The notes: generated from the letters alone by a model not told the origin. 62,847 nt of DNA, filler included, from Stramenopiles sp. TOSAG23-3 (GCA_900128585.1; 41 parts of 41 records of this genome joined end to end with filler, not necessarily neighbours in it), one strand, 5' to 3'; positions 46,040 to 58,073 are shown, counted from the first letter of the whole stretch. Made by a program: numbers and translations.

Positions 46040-47078
46040 CGTGCATGCCGACGAAGCGTAAAAAAATATCTGTAAAAATGCTTCGTTTGAAGAANNNNNN
46101 NNNNNNNNNNNNNNNNNNNNNNNNNNNNNNNNNNNNNNTTAATTAATTAANNNNNNNNNNNNNNNNNNNNNNNNNNNNNNNNNNNNNNNNNNNNATCCTA
46201 TGGGATGCCCTGGTCGTCGTCGACCCGGCAGAGTTCGTGTAGAGCCGGCGAAAGAAGAAAGGGCGTGTACATATATAGAAGCAAGGAGAAGCAAGCGGGG
46301 GCGGCGGTTAAATCGGTATCGGTCACTGCTCGGCGTTTAGTGGACCATCTGTGGTGGCAGGACCAGGAACTGATGGGGAAGGGTCGAACGGTTCAACAGA
46401 TTCGCAATTTCAGAGAAAGCAGGTTGGGTCTTTCGACGGACTAGGGTCGTTTTCTGTTCAATACTATCATTCAAGGTAGGATATAATCTAAATAGAACGA
46501 TTTTTAATAGTATAGTAGTAGGATCATCATGTATAATAATAATATTAATAATAATTTAAACTATTTCCTGTATGTACTACTCTTCTATAATACCTACCGT
46601 ACCGTAGTGGTCTGACGGTGGTGGGGTATTATTTAATGTACACTCTTCCTGTATAAAAATGTTGTGTATTATTGTCAGTTTTGCTCCTATCGGTACAGCA
46701 GGTACGGTACAGGTATTAATATTAATACGAACAATGGAGCAAACTTCGCGTAGGAGATCTTAAGCTAAGGTAACATTTAACTATGAGTCATGTGTTCTTC
46801 ATTCTTCTCGCTCCATCGTACCAAGGTATCTCTTCTTTCTTCTTTCTTCTTCTCTTGCTTCTCTCTGCTGATTATTGTTTTTGATTTTGATTTTGATTTT
46901 TGTTTATTGGTATATATATTATAATTATACCCGTCTCCCAAAGGCAATGAAAAAATTTCATCTATGAGTAGTTCGTAATGAAAATTCAATCGGTAGACAC
47001 CACAGTTTAAATTATAAGACGTTTGCAGTTTGCGTCATTAGTATAAATATTCATCGAAGCACTGCTTAAAACTCGAAT

Positions 47079-47624
47079 ATGTCTGCTTACCACATCGGCA
47101 CTGAGGGTGCGCCATGGGGCGACAAAGAGAGGGGGGAATGGCGTAACGAAGTGAATCGTGTCAAACGCAGCTACCAGGACGAGGTGGTGGCCAAACTAGA
47201 TATTTTGGACAAAAGTATATATGAAGTCTCGCAATATGGTTCTCTTGGGTACATTGAGGGGGGATCAGACAGGTACAAGCTTTTCTATGTCAAATCAAAA
47301 AACTGGGATGCCGCCAAGCCAACTGTGCTAGTTACGGGAGGCGTCCACGGGTACGAGACATCTGGTGTGCAAGGAGCATTATTGTTTCTTTCGACTGTAG
47401 GCGCTGAGACGTATTCGAAGCACTTCAACATTGTCTGCTGCCCATGCGTTTCGCCTTGGGGGTATGAGTGCATACAGCGGTGGAATTACAACGCGGAAGA
47501 TCCCAACCGAGGTTTCTTTCCGGAGAGCAGCCGGGAGGAGTGCGCTTCCGTCATGGCGCTAATCGATACGCTCGGCGGAGCCGATAAATTCATCATGCAT
47601 ATCGACCTCCACGAGACGACGGAC
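47079..47624 (+). CDS. M14-family metallocarboxypeptidase (AstE/AspA-like), 3'-partial
   Basis: VLVTGGVHGYETSG (HxxE), DPNR, HIDLHET zinc-binding motifs. Confidence 0.88.
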
Positions 47625-47724
47625 NNNNNNNNNNNNNNNNNNNNNNNNNNNNNNNNNNNNNNNNNNNNTTAATTAATTAANNNNNNNNNNNNNNNNNNNN
47701 NNNNNNNNNNNNNNNNNNNNNNNN

Positions 47725-48368
47725 AGGTTTGCGAGCCGTGCGGTCTCGTTCGATGCAGTCATGTCCGCCGTGTCGTCCCTGCCTCCGCCCAGGTGGGCGT
47801 TCGTGTCTCCGGCCCCCATTGCCGCAACGTCGAGCATGGTGGAACCCGCGGTCGCATCGTCCGCGCCGGGAACCGTCGCCCCGTCCCAGAGGTGCTCGAG
47901 CGACCGGATATCTATCGTGTCCTCCCCGGCGGGGGGCGTGGCGGAGGCTGCGGCGGCCCCTGGGGGGGTAGTCCCCTGGGCGGTCGCCTGCTGCCCGTCC
48001 ATGGCGGCGGTGTTCGTATGCTCGTCGGATCCAAAGGACGCGCTGCTGTTCTCGTCGGTCTCGTTGCTCTCCTCCAAGAGGTCCGACATGTTGCCGCTGG
48101 ACTGGTCCGCGAGCAAGGACGTCGCCAGGGACCCAGGGATGAGGCCGAGGAAGGTGTGCCGGCGCTTCTTTCGCGAAGACGAGAACTCGGACCGGGCCTG
48201 GTGGTGGCCGCTCCCGGACATGCTCTTTCTCGATTTTTTCCCTCGGCGCTTCACGACACCCCCCGAGGAGGAGGCCGCAGGCTTGGACGCGAACTGGGAG
48301 AATTCGGATGGGGACACGTTCTCATCGTTTCCTACTGCACCGCCCAGAGACATGCGTCGGCGGGGCAT
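47725..48368 (-). CDS. Disordered N-terminus of a large protein (3'-partial)
   Basis: GC-rich ORF; RRMSL, DENVSP, RKSM and RRHTF short motifs. Confidence 0.65.
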
Positions 48369-48995
48369 GACTGGGGTGGTGGACGAACGGTGGCGTTTGA
48401 AATGAACGAAAGGAATGTGGGTGGAAAGAAAGAAAGAGTGGCAGAAACTCTTGCGTTGGAAATGTACACGCAAACAATCGCTGCTTTTTTCTTCTACTAA
48501 CGTGTTAAAAAGTACGGCAGGTAGAGAAGGGTTGAGATTTCGTGTTTTTCTTTCTTCTAAGTGTGTGTGTGTTTATTACAAGGAAAGGAAACTAAGTGTG
48601 TACAATAATTATTTACATCAAAGAAGTTCTTCTTCTTCGTTCGTACGTGTAGTAGTAGTGTAGTAGTATAAAGTAGAAATAGCACTCACTGAATTTAAGA
48701 AATAATTGTTTAAGTATATAAATCATAACTATTTTGACTAAGATAAACATAGCAGTGAATATTTTATTTTCATCCGTAACTGTCATTGTGAAGAAAAAAA
48801 AGAAGAAGAGGAAGAAGAAGAATGAAGAAGAAAAGAAAATGTCAATCCAATCAAAGAAGAAGTTGAATTATATATAATACTATACATTACATACCAAAGA
48901 CCAGGGACCAAATAATCCACCTATTATCTTAATTATACTTAAACTAGCATTTCGTATTGTCTTCCCTATCTTGAAAATAGAGCAGAATCATCATA

Positions 48996-49089
48996 AAAGA
49001 AAGAAAGAAAGAGTCGAAAGAAAGAAAGAGTCGAAAGAAAGAAAGAGTCGAAAGAAAGAAAGAGTCGAAAAAAAGAAAGAAAGAGTCGA

Positions 49090-49149
<60 letters not shown>

Positions 49150-49150
49150 A
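48996..49150. repeat. (AAAG)n microsatellite with AGTCG interruptions
   Basis: Direct inspection. Confidence 0.9.
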
Positions 49151-50907
49151 NNNNNNNNNNNNNNNNNNNNNNNNNNNNNNNNNNNNNNNNNNNNTTAATT
49201 AATTAANNNNNNNNNNNNNNNNNNNNNNNNNNNNNNNNNNNNNNNNNNNNATCCTTATCCTCAGGATCAACCTCCTCTTCGTCTTTTGTTTGGGCGTTCC
49301 AACTCATGGACAACTGAGCTGGCGACGTCGCTACTCAAACAATCGACTTTTGTCACAGGAGCAAATTTGTTCATTCTTTTACTGCTACTTGCAGATACAG
49401 TAACCTTCACGTTTACACTACGCCTATCGCTGGCACTAGTAGAAGCACGCTTCTTGCGTTTCTTTGATGCGCGAGTTACCATCAGTCAACGGTAGTTTAA
49501 TCTCTTTCGAATTTGGGTTGTGGTTATCAGGAGTGAGTTGAATTGAACAGGGTGTTTGTAAGCTTTTTCGTTGTACAAAAGGACAATAATAATTCGTCAT
49601 AAGAGCGTCAGAACCTTTTGTATTGCAATTGAAAGATTTTACACTATAAAACAAAGACCGTAAGCTCCTACACGTTAGAGAACAAAAGTTGTTGATTCTT
49701 TGAATTCAATCCTTTCTTTGAATTCGACGAAGAAGATGATGATGAAGAAATATTTCTTTTTTTTGTTAAAATGAACGTTATTAGCTGTTATTCAATGTTA
49801 TTTTGTGTAACAGTAACTCCCTGCTAGGAATTAAATAAAATTTTTAAAAAATTTCTCTCTTCTCTCTCCACACCCCCCGTGTCACTAACTCTGAGATCAA
49901 CAATATCATGATTAATTTATATACACACAGCAGCATATATTTAAAAAAATAAGCATTTCTCTTCGTTAGTCTAAGAATATATTTCGACACAAACTAACAA
50001 CAAAAAACAAATACACAGCATTAAAAAAACAATAAACGGTACCAACAACAATTGTTCTTTTGCAATTTTTATGTTTTTTTGTTTTGTTTTTACAATGAGT
50101 AGTTTATATAAACACAGCATATCTTCAAGCATATTTACATTTCTGTTCGCTATAAATATGAATAAAATATATTTCAACACAAACTTACAACAAAAAATAA
50201 CAAAATTCCCATTTTCTAAAAAAAATAGAAAAGACGACCGTCGTTGTTTTATTTTAAGTAAAATTCCATCGTAGACAGCTGTTTAATAAAGTGTTCAGTG
50301 TCCTTGGCGCGAAAAAAAATCCGACTCGATTTTTAAAGTACGGAAGCGTTCCGGCCTAAAACGATAAATGAAAGCAGTGGGAATACCTATCTGCATAAGT
50401 TTATATCATGCAATCGTTCCGTTTTCCATGTGTGACCGTCAACGAACGTTTATAAATTGTTTGCCCTCTAATGACTTGGAATTACGGTTCCTAGGGACAA
50501 TTTTTTGTGAAATTGGCGATTTAGACCAAACGCCACCCTAACAAACACTTATTCCTTTATTCGCGTTACAAAAATGAACCCTTCTGGCATACTTTTGTAT
50601 ATTAGAAAGCACTTTTGGCTGTTTAAATTTATAAAAATTATCCTTTTTTCATAAAGATCTCTTCGTTTGAAATAGTNNNNNNNNNNNNNNNNNNNNNNNN
50701 NNNNNNNNNNNNNNNNNNNNTTAATTAATTAANNNNNNNNNNNNNNNNNNNNNNNNNNNNNNNNNNNNNNNNNNNNTCAAGGGCAGAACAACGGTAGCCG
50801 TTTGTGATAGATTTGTTTTGGTTCGTGCGCAAAAAAATATGAATTTATATAAACAAAAAAAATATATGATATTTTAAAAATATTACATCATTATTTAAAT
50901 AATTTTT

Positions 50908-51696
50908 TTACTTTTTAAAAAACGCTGCAAACTTTTCTTGAACTGGTTGACTGCTAAACTGCCCCCACATGTAGTCAACAGATTCTTTATTAAACAATTT
51001 TGCGATATTTTTATGTTGATTTTCCTTTACAGTTGCACTAGCAATCGTCCATAATTTCCCCATTCTTTTTGCCTCTTGTATAGCAAGCGATTTTACTCCA
51101 TCGTAATCTTCTGCCACTTTGTCCACCAAACCAATTTGCAATGCTTGCTCAGCTGTCATCATTGGCCCTAATTGCAACATCCTTTCTGCATTTTTCCCAC
51201 CAACAATACGCTCAGCATTTGTAAGTAACCATGAAGGAAGTGCAATATTTAATTGAGCCTCATTGAAACCAATACTAGCATTTTTCGAAGCATAACGATA
51301 ATCACAGTGGAGAGAGAGAACGGCTGAAGCCGCTGGTGCTTTGCCACTAATAGCCACAATGGTAGGTTTATTGAAGGTATACAAACGTTTTGTCGTATCC
51401 TCAAATGCTTCCCAAAGCTCTCTAAATTCAGCTTCTACCGGTTCATACATAACATTTAAGTCCATACCTCCTGACATTACTTTTGGATTTTTCGACATAA
51501 GTACAATAGCTTTAACACGTTCATCTCTTTGCAAAGCTTGAATTGCTGTACTGAGTGATCTAGCCATTTCTACATCAAATGTATTAACAGGTGGTTTTGA
51601 TAAAAGAAGTACGGCAACGCCACCATCTTGGTGCTCAATCTCTACACATGAATCACCACCGTCGGTTTTATTCGGTTTTAAAAATACTTTTGACAT
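50908..51696 (-). CDS. ECI1: Enoyl-CoA delta-isomerase (crotonase family)
   Basis: KPPVNTF, MSGGMDL, PTIVAISGKAPA, CDYR, IGFNE, ALQIGLVD. Confidence 0.85.
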   Translation of the reverse strand: MSKVFLKPNKTDGGDSCVEIEHQDGGVAVLLLSKPPVNTFDVEMARSLSTAIQALQRDERVKAIVLMSKNPKVMSGGMDLNVMYEPVEAEFRELWEAFEDTTKRLYTFNKPTIVAISGKAPAASAVLSLHCDYRYASKNASIGFNEAQLNIALPSWLLTNAERIVGGKNAERMLQLGPMMTAEQALQIGLVDKVAEDYDGVKSLAIQEAKRMGKLWTIASATVKENQHKNIAKLFNKESVDYMWGQFSSQPVQEKFAAFFKK

Positions 51697-52302
51697 GCTT
51701 GTTGGTCACTGTTGTTACGCAACAGTAATACGAGTGTGATACGCACTATTTGTATCCAAACAATACTTTTTTGTCTCGACGTTAGACATAAATTTACGTG
51801 TTTTTATAAATAAAAAAAGCTTGTGTTGTTATTGTTATTGTGCCAGTGTGCTTCTTTGCACCTTTGTTGTTGTTCTTTTTTTTGTTGTTCGTTCTTGTTG
51901 TTTTTTTTGTGTATTATATTCAGACAGATTAGAATAATAAGGTAAAAAGGAGAGGACAAAAGCTCCTATTTTCAAAGAGCTTCTCTTTGCTATTTTTAAT
52001 ATAAGATTTGTTTTTTTAGATTTTTTTTACACCTAACGACACACCTTTCACATATTGAAATGCTTTACTTGGTATACATTGTACATTTCATTTTAATAAC
52101 GGTTTGGATAATACACCCCCCCCGTTACGACTGGTTCGTCATCCATGCAGGCTTATTGTCTCTCCTCCCTTGTTGTTGTTGTTGTGAATTGCCCCAACTT
52201 TGNNNNNNNNNNNNNNNNNNNNNNNNNNNNNNNNNNNNNNNNNNNNTTAATTAATTAANNNNNNNNNNNNNNNNNNNNNNNNNNNNNNNNNNNNNNNNNN
52301 NN

Positions 52303-52879
52303 TGAGTTAGACTTGGATGACATGGGGATGCAGGAAATTGAACAGCTGGAGAAGTTGCGAATGATGGAAATTGAGGAGTGTGAGCGAAAATGCGAAAAGA
52401 GCTGGGAGGAGCGTGAGCGAAAACAGCGTAATAAATGGAAGATCAAGTCTCGCCGAGAGGCCAAGGTCAAAAAGCTTGGTTCAAAACTGTCGGGAATGGC
52501 CGATAAAGAGCCGCTTAGGATTGACCAAGTGCAAACCATTTCGCATTTGAAACGCGATCGCGCCAGGCGCCATCAACTGCAGAAGAGAAAGCAGAAATCT
52601 TTGGAACAAGCGCTGCTGGAGAAGCAAACTGTAAGACAGAATGGCGAACTCAACACGAAGATTCGCGATGCGTACGACGAGATTGTTACGGGCGTCAACG
52701 GCCTTTTGCAGGACTTTTCGTACGACATGCGACGGCCGAAAGATGACATTCGCGCGAACAAGAGCGTGTTTTGTGACCGGTGCGGCCGGGTATTGTGCAC
52801 TTGCAACAGTGGTGCCGCGGCTTCCGACTCAGAGGCGCAGGATTCGGACTACTGGAGCTCCAGCGAAGATGAGTGGTAA
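52303..52879 (+). CDS. C-terminal part of a coiled-coil protein with a CxxC-x4-CxC tail
   Basis: Open frame; FCDRCGRVLCTC. Confidence 0.65.
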
Positions 52880-53039
52880 CCATAAAATATAAGAATTATA
52901 AAAAAACATAAGAATTATATATCGATTCACATTATACAATTTGTTTTTTTTTTTAATTTTCTAGAAGTAAGAATACCTAACATACTGGTTTGAAGTGTGC
53001 GCACAGGCTCACTTAAGTCGGTTAATTCTTCCGGTGCTC

Positions 53040-53483
53040 TCATTTGTTCTTGCTTGAGACCATTTGCCTCACTGCACTTTCCGACCAGCCTCTTACAGAA
53101 TTAACTTCCGCCTCATTTATGTACGCTTTAAACGTCGGCATGGCAGAAATTTTGTTCAGTTGCGAGACAGCGGGGACTTCGTCCACGTTCACTTTCAGAA
53201 AGATTACTTCTGGGTTGTCAATGCTGAGTTGGCCGTAAATTGGAGCAGCAGCTCGGCACGGAGGGCACCACGTTGCGAAGAAGTCAGCCATAACCAATTT
53301 GCCCTCGTCTTTGCCCTTCTTTAACTGCTCTTTCCACTGCGCCAAACCTTTTACTTCAATGACTTTGCTTCCTGTTACTTTCGGGAACGGTTGCTTCGAT
53401 TGCCACAACTTGTAGATCCAAAACACAACGACAAAGAACAGGATAGGGTGGCCTGTAACAAAGGCCGAAATGGACTCAATCAT
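53040..53483 (-). CDS. Thioredoxin with N-terminal membrane anchor
   Basis: DFFATWCPPC, FLKVNVDE, AMPTF; hydrophobic ILFFVVVFWIY. Confidence 0.92.
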   Translation of the reverse strand: MIESISAFVTGHPILFFVVVFWIYKLWQSKQPFPKVTGSKVIEVKGLAQWKEQLKKGKDEGKLVMADFFATWCPPCRAAAPIYGQLSIDNPEVIFLKVNVDEVPAVSQLNKISAMPTFKAYINEAEVNSVRGWSESAVRQMVSSKNK

Positions 53484-54055
53484 CCCTGTTTTCAATAAAT
53501 TCTGATGTTGGTCTGTGTATTTGTTAATAATTGAAGTAGTCTTGAATTCACGGTGTAATTTCTGTGAATTTTTCGTTTCTTTTTTAAGAATCAATTGTTT
53601 TACAAACGAAATGTCATATTGACTCTACTACCTCGTATATATTATTAGAAAGTATTGTGTTGTAAATAATAATCTTCTTCTACTATTTTTTTTATTATTA
53701 ATAATAGATCTAATATTTTATTATTNNNNNNNNNNNNNNNNNNNNNNNNNNNNNNNNNNNNNNNNNNNNTTAATTAATTAANNNNNNNNNNNNNNNNNNN
53801 NNNNNNNNNNNNNNNNNNNNNNNNNCTTGGCAAAGGCTCTCTTTGTCTATGTGCATTTTAGGTGTGACAGCCTGACATGGCTTTTTCGTTAAGAGCTGCA
53901 TTCTACGCACCAGTGCAAGAGCAGAATCATTTAAAAATGAAACATCATGACGATGATTATATTATTAAACGTAGATAATAGAAGATTTTCAAGTATTATT
54001 ATTGTTCTTTCTTGTTTTGTGCTGGGTCAGTCGAAAGATTTTAGCAAACGCAAAG

Positions 54056-54628
54056 ATGTGCTCTACACAGGCTAGTCTGTTCCTGCTGAATTACGAAGAA
54101 AAGGTTTTCCGTAGAATCAAAAGACGGAAACATGAGGAAAAATCGAAAGCGGCTACAATGATACAAAAGTACACTCGCCGCTTCTTAGAATTGACACGAT
54201 TCAAACGAATATGCTTTCACATACTCAGGCTCCAGTGCATATGTCGCGGGAGGCATGGTCGATTGGAGGCTCGGCGGCGGCGCCTTCTCTTGGAACGCAA
54301 GCGGGAAAAGCTGGAAAAGTTCAGCAAGAGAAACAATAATCCAACAGGCGAGTTTGGTTATGGAAACGTCTCTGCTGTTCTCCGGGATGCATACATGGCG
54401 GTATGCAACGAGGGGAAATATTCTTGGCAGGAGAAGAATGTCCCCATGTGGAAGTGCTTGAGTTGTTCGTTTGAAAACGAATCCAACTCTACCCGTTGTG
54501 AATTGTGCTTGAGGAAACCATCCGTATCTAACAAATTGTTACAGCTCGGACGACTAGCTGTGCAAAGAACCTTTCAGCCCAAAAAAAGCAAAAAAGCAGT
54601 TGTCAAGAGACACACATTTTTTGGGTGA
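54056..54628 (+). CDS. IQ-motif plus RanBP2-type zinc finger protein
   Basis: AATMIQKYTRR, LQCICRG, WKCLSCSFEN...CELC. Confidence 0.75.
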   Translation: MCSTQASLFLLNYEEKVFRRIKRRKHEEKSKAATMIQKYTRRFLELTRFKRICFHILRLQCICRGRHGRLEARRRRLLLERKREKLEKFSKRNNNPTGEFGYGNVSAVLRDAYMAVCNEGKYSWQEKNVPMWKCLSCSFENESNSTRCELCLRKPSVSNKLLQLGRLAVQRTFQPKKSKKAVVKRHTFFG

Positions 54629-54647
54629 ACTAAAAATGTGTAGCCTT

Positions 54648-54675
54648 AAAAACAAGAAAATTGGCTGTTATTTGT
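54648..54675 (+). mobile_element. Dispersed element copy 7 with 11-bp target-site duplication
   Basis: TGTGTAGCCTT at 54637-54647 and 54676-54686. Confidence 0.92.
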
Positions 54676-54833
54676 TGTGTAGCCTTTATTTTATTTTTAA
54701 GAGTAGGTATTCTGGAACAAAAAGGAGTTTTGGTTCTTGAATGGTTTACCTTCTTTTTTTTTGAGCGTCTTAAAGCATACTCTATATGTTTTAGTATAAT
54801 TTTTTTTATGAAGTAAGTTAGGAATTCTTTTCG

Positions 54834-55246
54834 CTACTGTTCAGGGGGCTTTTTCAAGCCTACGTCAGACAAAAGCCTGTCGCCATGGTTCAAAATTTTC
54901 TTCGCCCCTGCAATTTTTGGAGTGTCTGGCGCGTCGATGGGGGGCAGTGTCAATAGCGCCTGCTTGGCCCTATTGGCCACTGTTTGAGGGCTTGCAGCAA
55001 CACCTTGCTTGCCTATCGCGGTGTCAATTTCAATAGAGACTTGGCGCCGTTGGCCCAAATCCCCCCGTTTAGGGGATGGGGTGGTCGTTGGGCCAAAGCT
55101 CAAAGGAGACCGCCGCCGACCACCAGATCCTGGGGAAGACCCTGGTGATTTTGAACCTGGGGAGAATCCCATGGGGCTTAGTTTATCATTAAAAGACTTG
55201 TTTCGTTTCAGCGGTGACGGGGTTTTCTCTCCATGACTTGGTCTAG
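54834..55246 (-). CDS. S/P-rich C-terminal fragment
   Basis: Open to the contig edge; SP-rich. Confidence 0.6.
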
Positions 55247-55348
55247 NNNNNNNNNNNNNNNNNNNNNNNNNNNNNNNNNNNNNNNNNNNNTTAATTAATT
55301 AANNNNNNNNNNNNNNNNNNNNNNNNNNNNNNNNNNNNNNNNNNNNAT

Positions 55349-56311
55349 TTGCTGCACACGCACATCTGGTACGATGCGTTGGCCCCGAGCGTTCACGAAA
55401 TGTCGAGCCAGGGCTCTGTCATTTTGATGTTGGTGATTGTTTTAATGATGGAAGGTCCAAAACGCGGCCTCTTCGTAGGAAACCCTGGCTATGTGTGGAG
55501 TCTCGAAGCCGTTGAAGTTGCCAAGCGGTATCACGGATACGTCTTTTCGTGGGCAGTCATCTATACATTTTGGTACCACCCCATGGAGTCCTACCTGGGC
55601 CACCTGTTCGGGTTCTTTCACGTGTTCATTGTAATGCTCCAAGGTTCGCTGATTTACACAACTGCCCATGTAAACCGTTATTGGCGCATGGTGTGCGAGG
55701 CGTGGGTTTTCCTGCACGGGATGGTTATCTCCATGCAAACGCTATCGTCGAACAGTTGGCCAATGTTTACGTTTGGGTTTGGTGCAATTTTCGCGTTGAC
55801 CCAACTTCCAGGTTTGCCATGTTTGCAGAATAAGCATTTACTGGTACGGTGCATTCCCGCTATCATTTATGCCATCGTTTATGTTTCTGTATACGTCAGC
55901 GTAGTGCAGTGGACTAAACCGTATGTGATAGTGTTTATTCCTATGGCAGAGTACTTAGGGGCAATATTTTTGAACGTTGCCATGTATGGTTTAATCCGGT
56001 GTATGCGCGCCACCTCCTTGTGGAAGAAGAGAAGTCAAACGGCTGGCCTTGCTGTCGTCCTATCATTTACGGTCATTACCATAATTTTTTCTATTATGGC
56101 ACAAGTGCTGGATAGATCTGGGGGCAACGGGGCACTGGTAGTATATATACCAATGTGCACACTCATGCCCTTGATAATGTTTGGGGTGCGGTTGGCCATA
56201 CCATTTGAGAAAGAAAAACTACAAAAAGGTAACATAATAGACCCAGGTATTGAAGACAATCCGCCACGCATCCCTTCAACTGGGTGGACGAAATGCTGCG
56301 AACGACTGTAG
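55349..56311 (+). CDS. Uncharacterised His-rich multipass membrane protein (5'-partial)
   Basis: HTHIWYD, SSQGSVI, YHGY, YTFWYHPME; many TM helices. Confidence 0.8.
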   Translation: MLHTHIWYDALAPSVHEMSSQGSVILMLVIVLMMEGPKRGLFVGNPGYVWSLEAVEVAKRYHGYVFSWAVIYTFWYHPMESYLGHLFGFFHVFIVMLQGSLIYTTAHVNRYWRMVCEAWVFLHGMVISMQTLSSNSWPMFTFGFGAIFALTQLPGLPCLQNKHLLVRCIPAIIYAIVYVSVYVSVVQWTKPYVIVFIPMAEYLGAIFLNVAMYGLIRCMRATSLWKKRSQTAGLAVVLSFTVITIIFSIMAQVLDRSGGNGALVVYIPMCTLMPLIMFGVRLAIPFEKEKLQKGNIIDPGIEDNPPRIPSTGWTKCCERL

Positions 56312-56417
56312 AAGGTTCGTAGAAGTTTTGTTGCAGAGATGGTCGTGATAACACATAACCATTAGCTTCGAGTAATTTAAATTATCTTCAGTATCATGAA
56401 ATAACCTGAACTAACAT

Positions 56418-56488
56418 AAAACAAAAAATTAGCTGATATACATTAATTTAAAAACAAGAACAGTAATTAAAAAAAACAAGAAAATTGG
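56418..56488 (+). mobile_element. Cluster of three truncated element heads (copy 8)
   Basis: AAAACAAAAAATTAGCTG, AAAAACAAGAA, AAAACAAGAAAATTGG. Confidence 0.65.
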
Positions 56489-57072
56489 GGCATATTAATT
56501 TTAGTTAAATTTTTTTCTTTCTTCTTTCTTGGTACGAGACTCGTAATGGATAAGGTATCTTGTACGTAAGAATTAATCTCTAATCACAAGAATCTTACAC
56601 GTAAAATAAATCTTACTCCTTATATCTTCCAATTTTTTAGTAACGCGTCTAACGCGTCTGACGACCCGTTGGAGAGTTTTGCTTCGACAGTATCGTGTAA
56701 GCCTCGCTAACATTCTTGAACACGTCCTCGGCTCCTGCACTTTGACTTTTGTCTGGGTGGTACTTCANNNNNNNNNNNNNNNNNNNNNNNNNNNNNNNNN
56801 NNNNNNNNNNNTTAATTAATTAANNNNNNNNNNNNNNNNNNNNNNNNNNNNNNNNNNNNNNNNNNNNTGCATTGTGTTGCGAACTCCACAGGCCGTTACT
56901 GGGACGGTGGAGGGGGCGAGGAAATGCGAGTGTGGAGAATGCGAATCTTACTCGACGGAAGATGTTTCGAAAGACTTTTACCCTAGTTATTTTTCGTCTG
57001 GAGACACCGTCATGGGGATTGGGATGGAGGTGAACGGGACCCGATTGTCACGGAAAGGTATTCGGGCGGGGG

Positions 57073-57750
57073 GTGAATGCTGCAATGCAAATTCTGCCTA
57101 ATCTTTTGAATAGTGCTAGAACCAAGAAGGCTGATGGGTGCCTAATATTTTTTTCCAACGCAATTGCAAGTTCGTTTTTAAGACCATGTGAACAGTCGTG
57201 TACTGCATCGAAATTAAGCATGTCATCTTGCCAACGTTTAGTGCAAGGCTGCGATCTAGCGTCTGTCCAAGGGGCTGATTTGGAGATAAAAGAATCTGAT
57301 TGGGATAGGCTTACCAGCATATTTTCGGGTATGAACTTTTTTGGAGACGCTGCAGAGACTGCAATAGGGCTCGATTTGTTAAAGCAAGGGATAAACAACC
57401 TGATACTTATGCTACGAAACAAGGGCTCGTTTTGTGCCTCCCCATTGATGTTTACGGACAATTACAACGTTTTCAGCTGCACCGAAAGTGGGGCTTCGAC
57501 AGAACTCACGTCCTTTTCCCACATTCCCGCGAAAGCAAGTTGGACGTTTATATCCATTTTTGTGTGGGCGCTTCTTGCACGGTTCAAACCACAGTACAAG
57601 ACCAGAAAAGGAACGTACAGTAGGGGAGACATGCTCCAGCTGATGCTCTGCTTCTTTTTCTTAACCACCTTGGCTGGTGTTCTAGTTCATAAACTGAGCA
57701 TTTTTGGGGAGGCTGCAGGGCATGGACTTGGTATTGTCCTGCTGGTCGTG
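57073..57750 (+). CDS. Membrane protein fragment, apparently truncated at a junction with the CTL gene
   Basis: Cys-rich luminal part then TM helices; true 5' part unclear (frame break near 57050). Confidence 0.5.
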
Positions 57751-58073
57751 TCGTACATGTATTGTTTTGTCTCCATCTGGGTGATCACATCCTCCGTCAT
57801 TCGCGGGTACACAATAAATTTCCTTTTCGTGAGATCCTTTTTCGTGTCGCCCTTGTTCAGGTTTAATCCCCCACATGTATTTCCTTCATGATCTGTGCCG
57901 TACATCATAGAGTCTGGATCACCCATCGACAAACCAACGTACCCGAGCACAATCACAGTGAATAAGAATGCTATGAATATAACCAAGCATAAAATATCAG
58001 TGCATCCTCGGTCGCGTTTGATATCTTTCAAGCCTGCTTCTTTTTTGCCTTTGCAGCAGCCACAGAGTTTCAT
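57751..58073 (-). CDS. Choline transporter-like (CTL/SLC44) N-terminus
   Basis: RGCTDILCLVIF...GDP...YGTDHEGNTCG signature; similarity lost near 57750. Confidence 0.85.

Noticed and set aside
47725-48368. KNL1/Spc105 kinetochore protein assignment
   Set aside because: Only vague short motifs; no clear SILK/RVSF or MELT repeats in the visible part
50295-50600. Possible DNA-transposon end starting CAGTGT
   Set aside because: No second terminus, TSD or second copy in the window
57058-57113. GT-AG intron candidate to join ORF 56874 with ORF 57073
   Set aside because: Splicing it leads into a frame that stops within 10 codons
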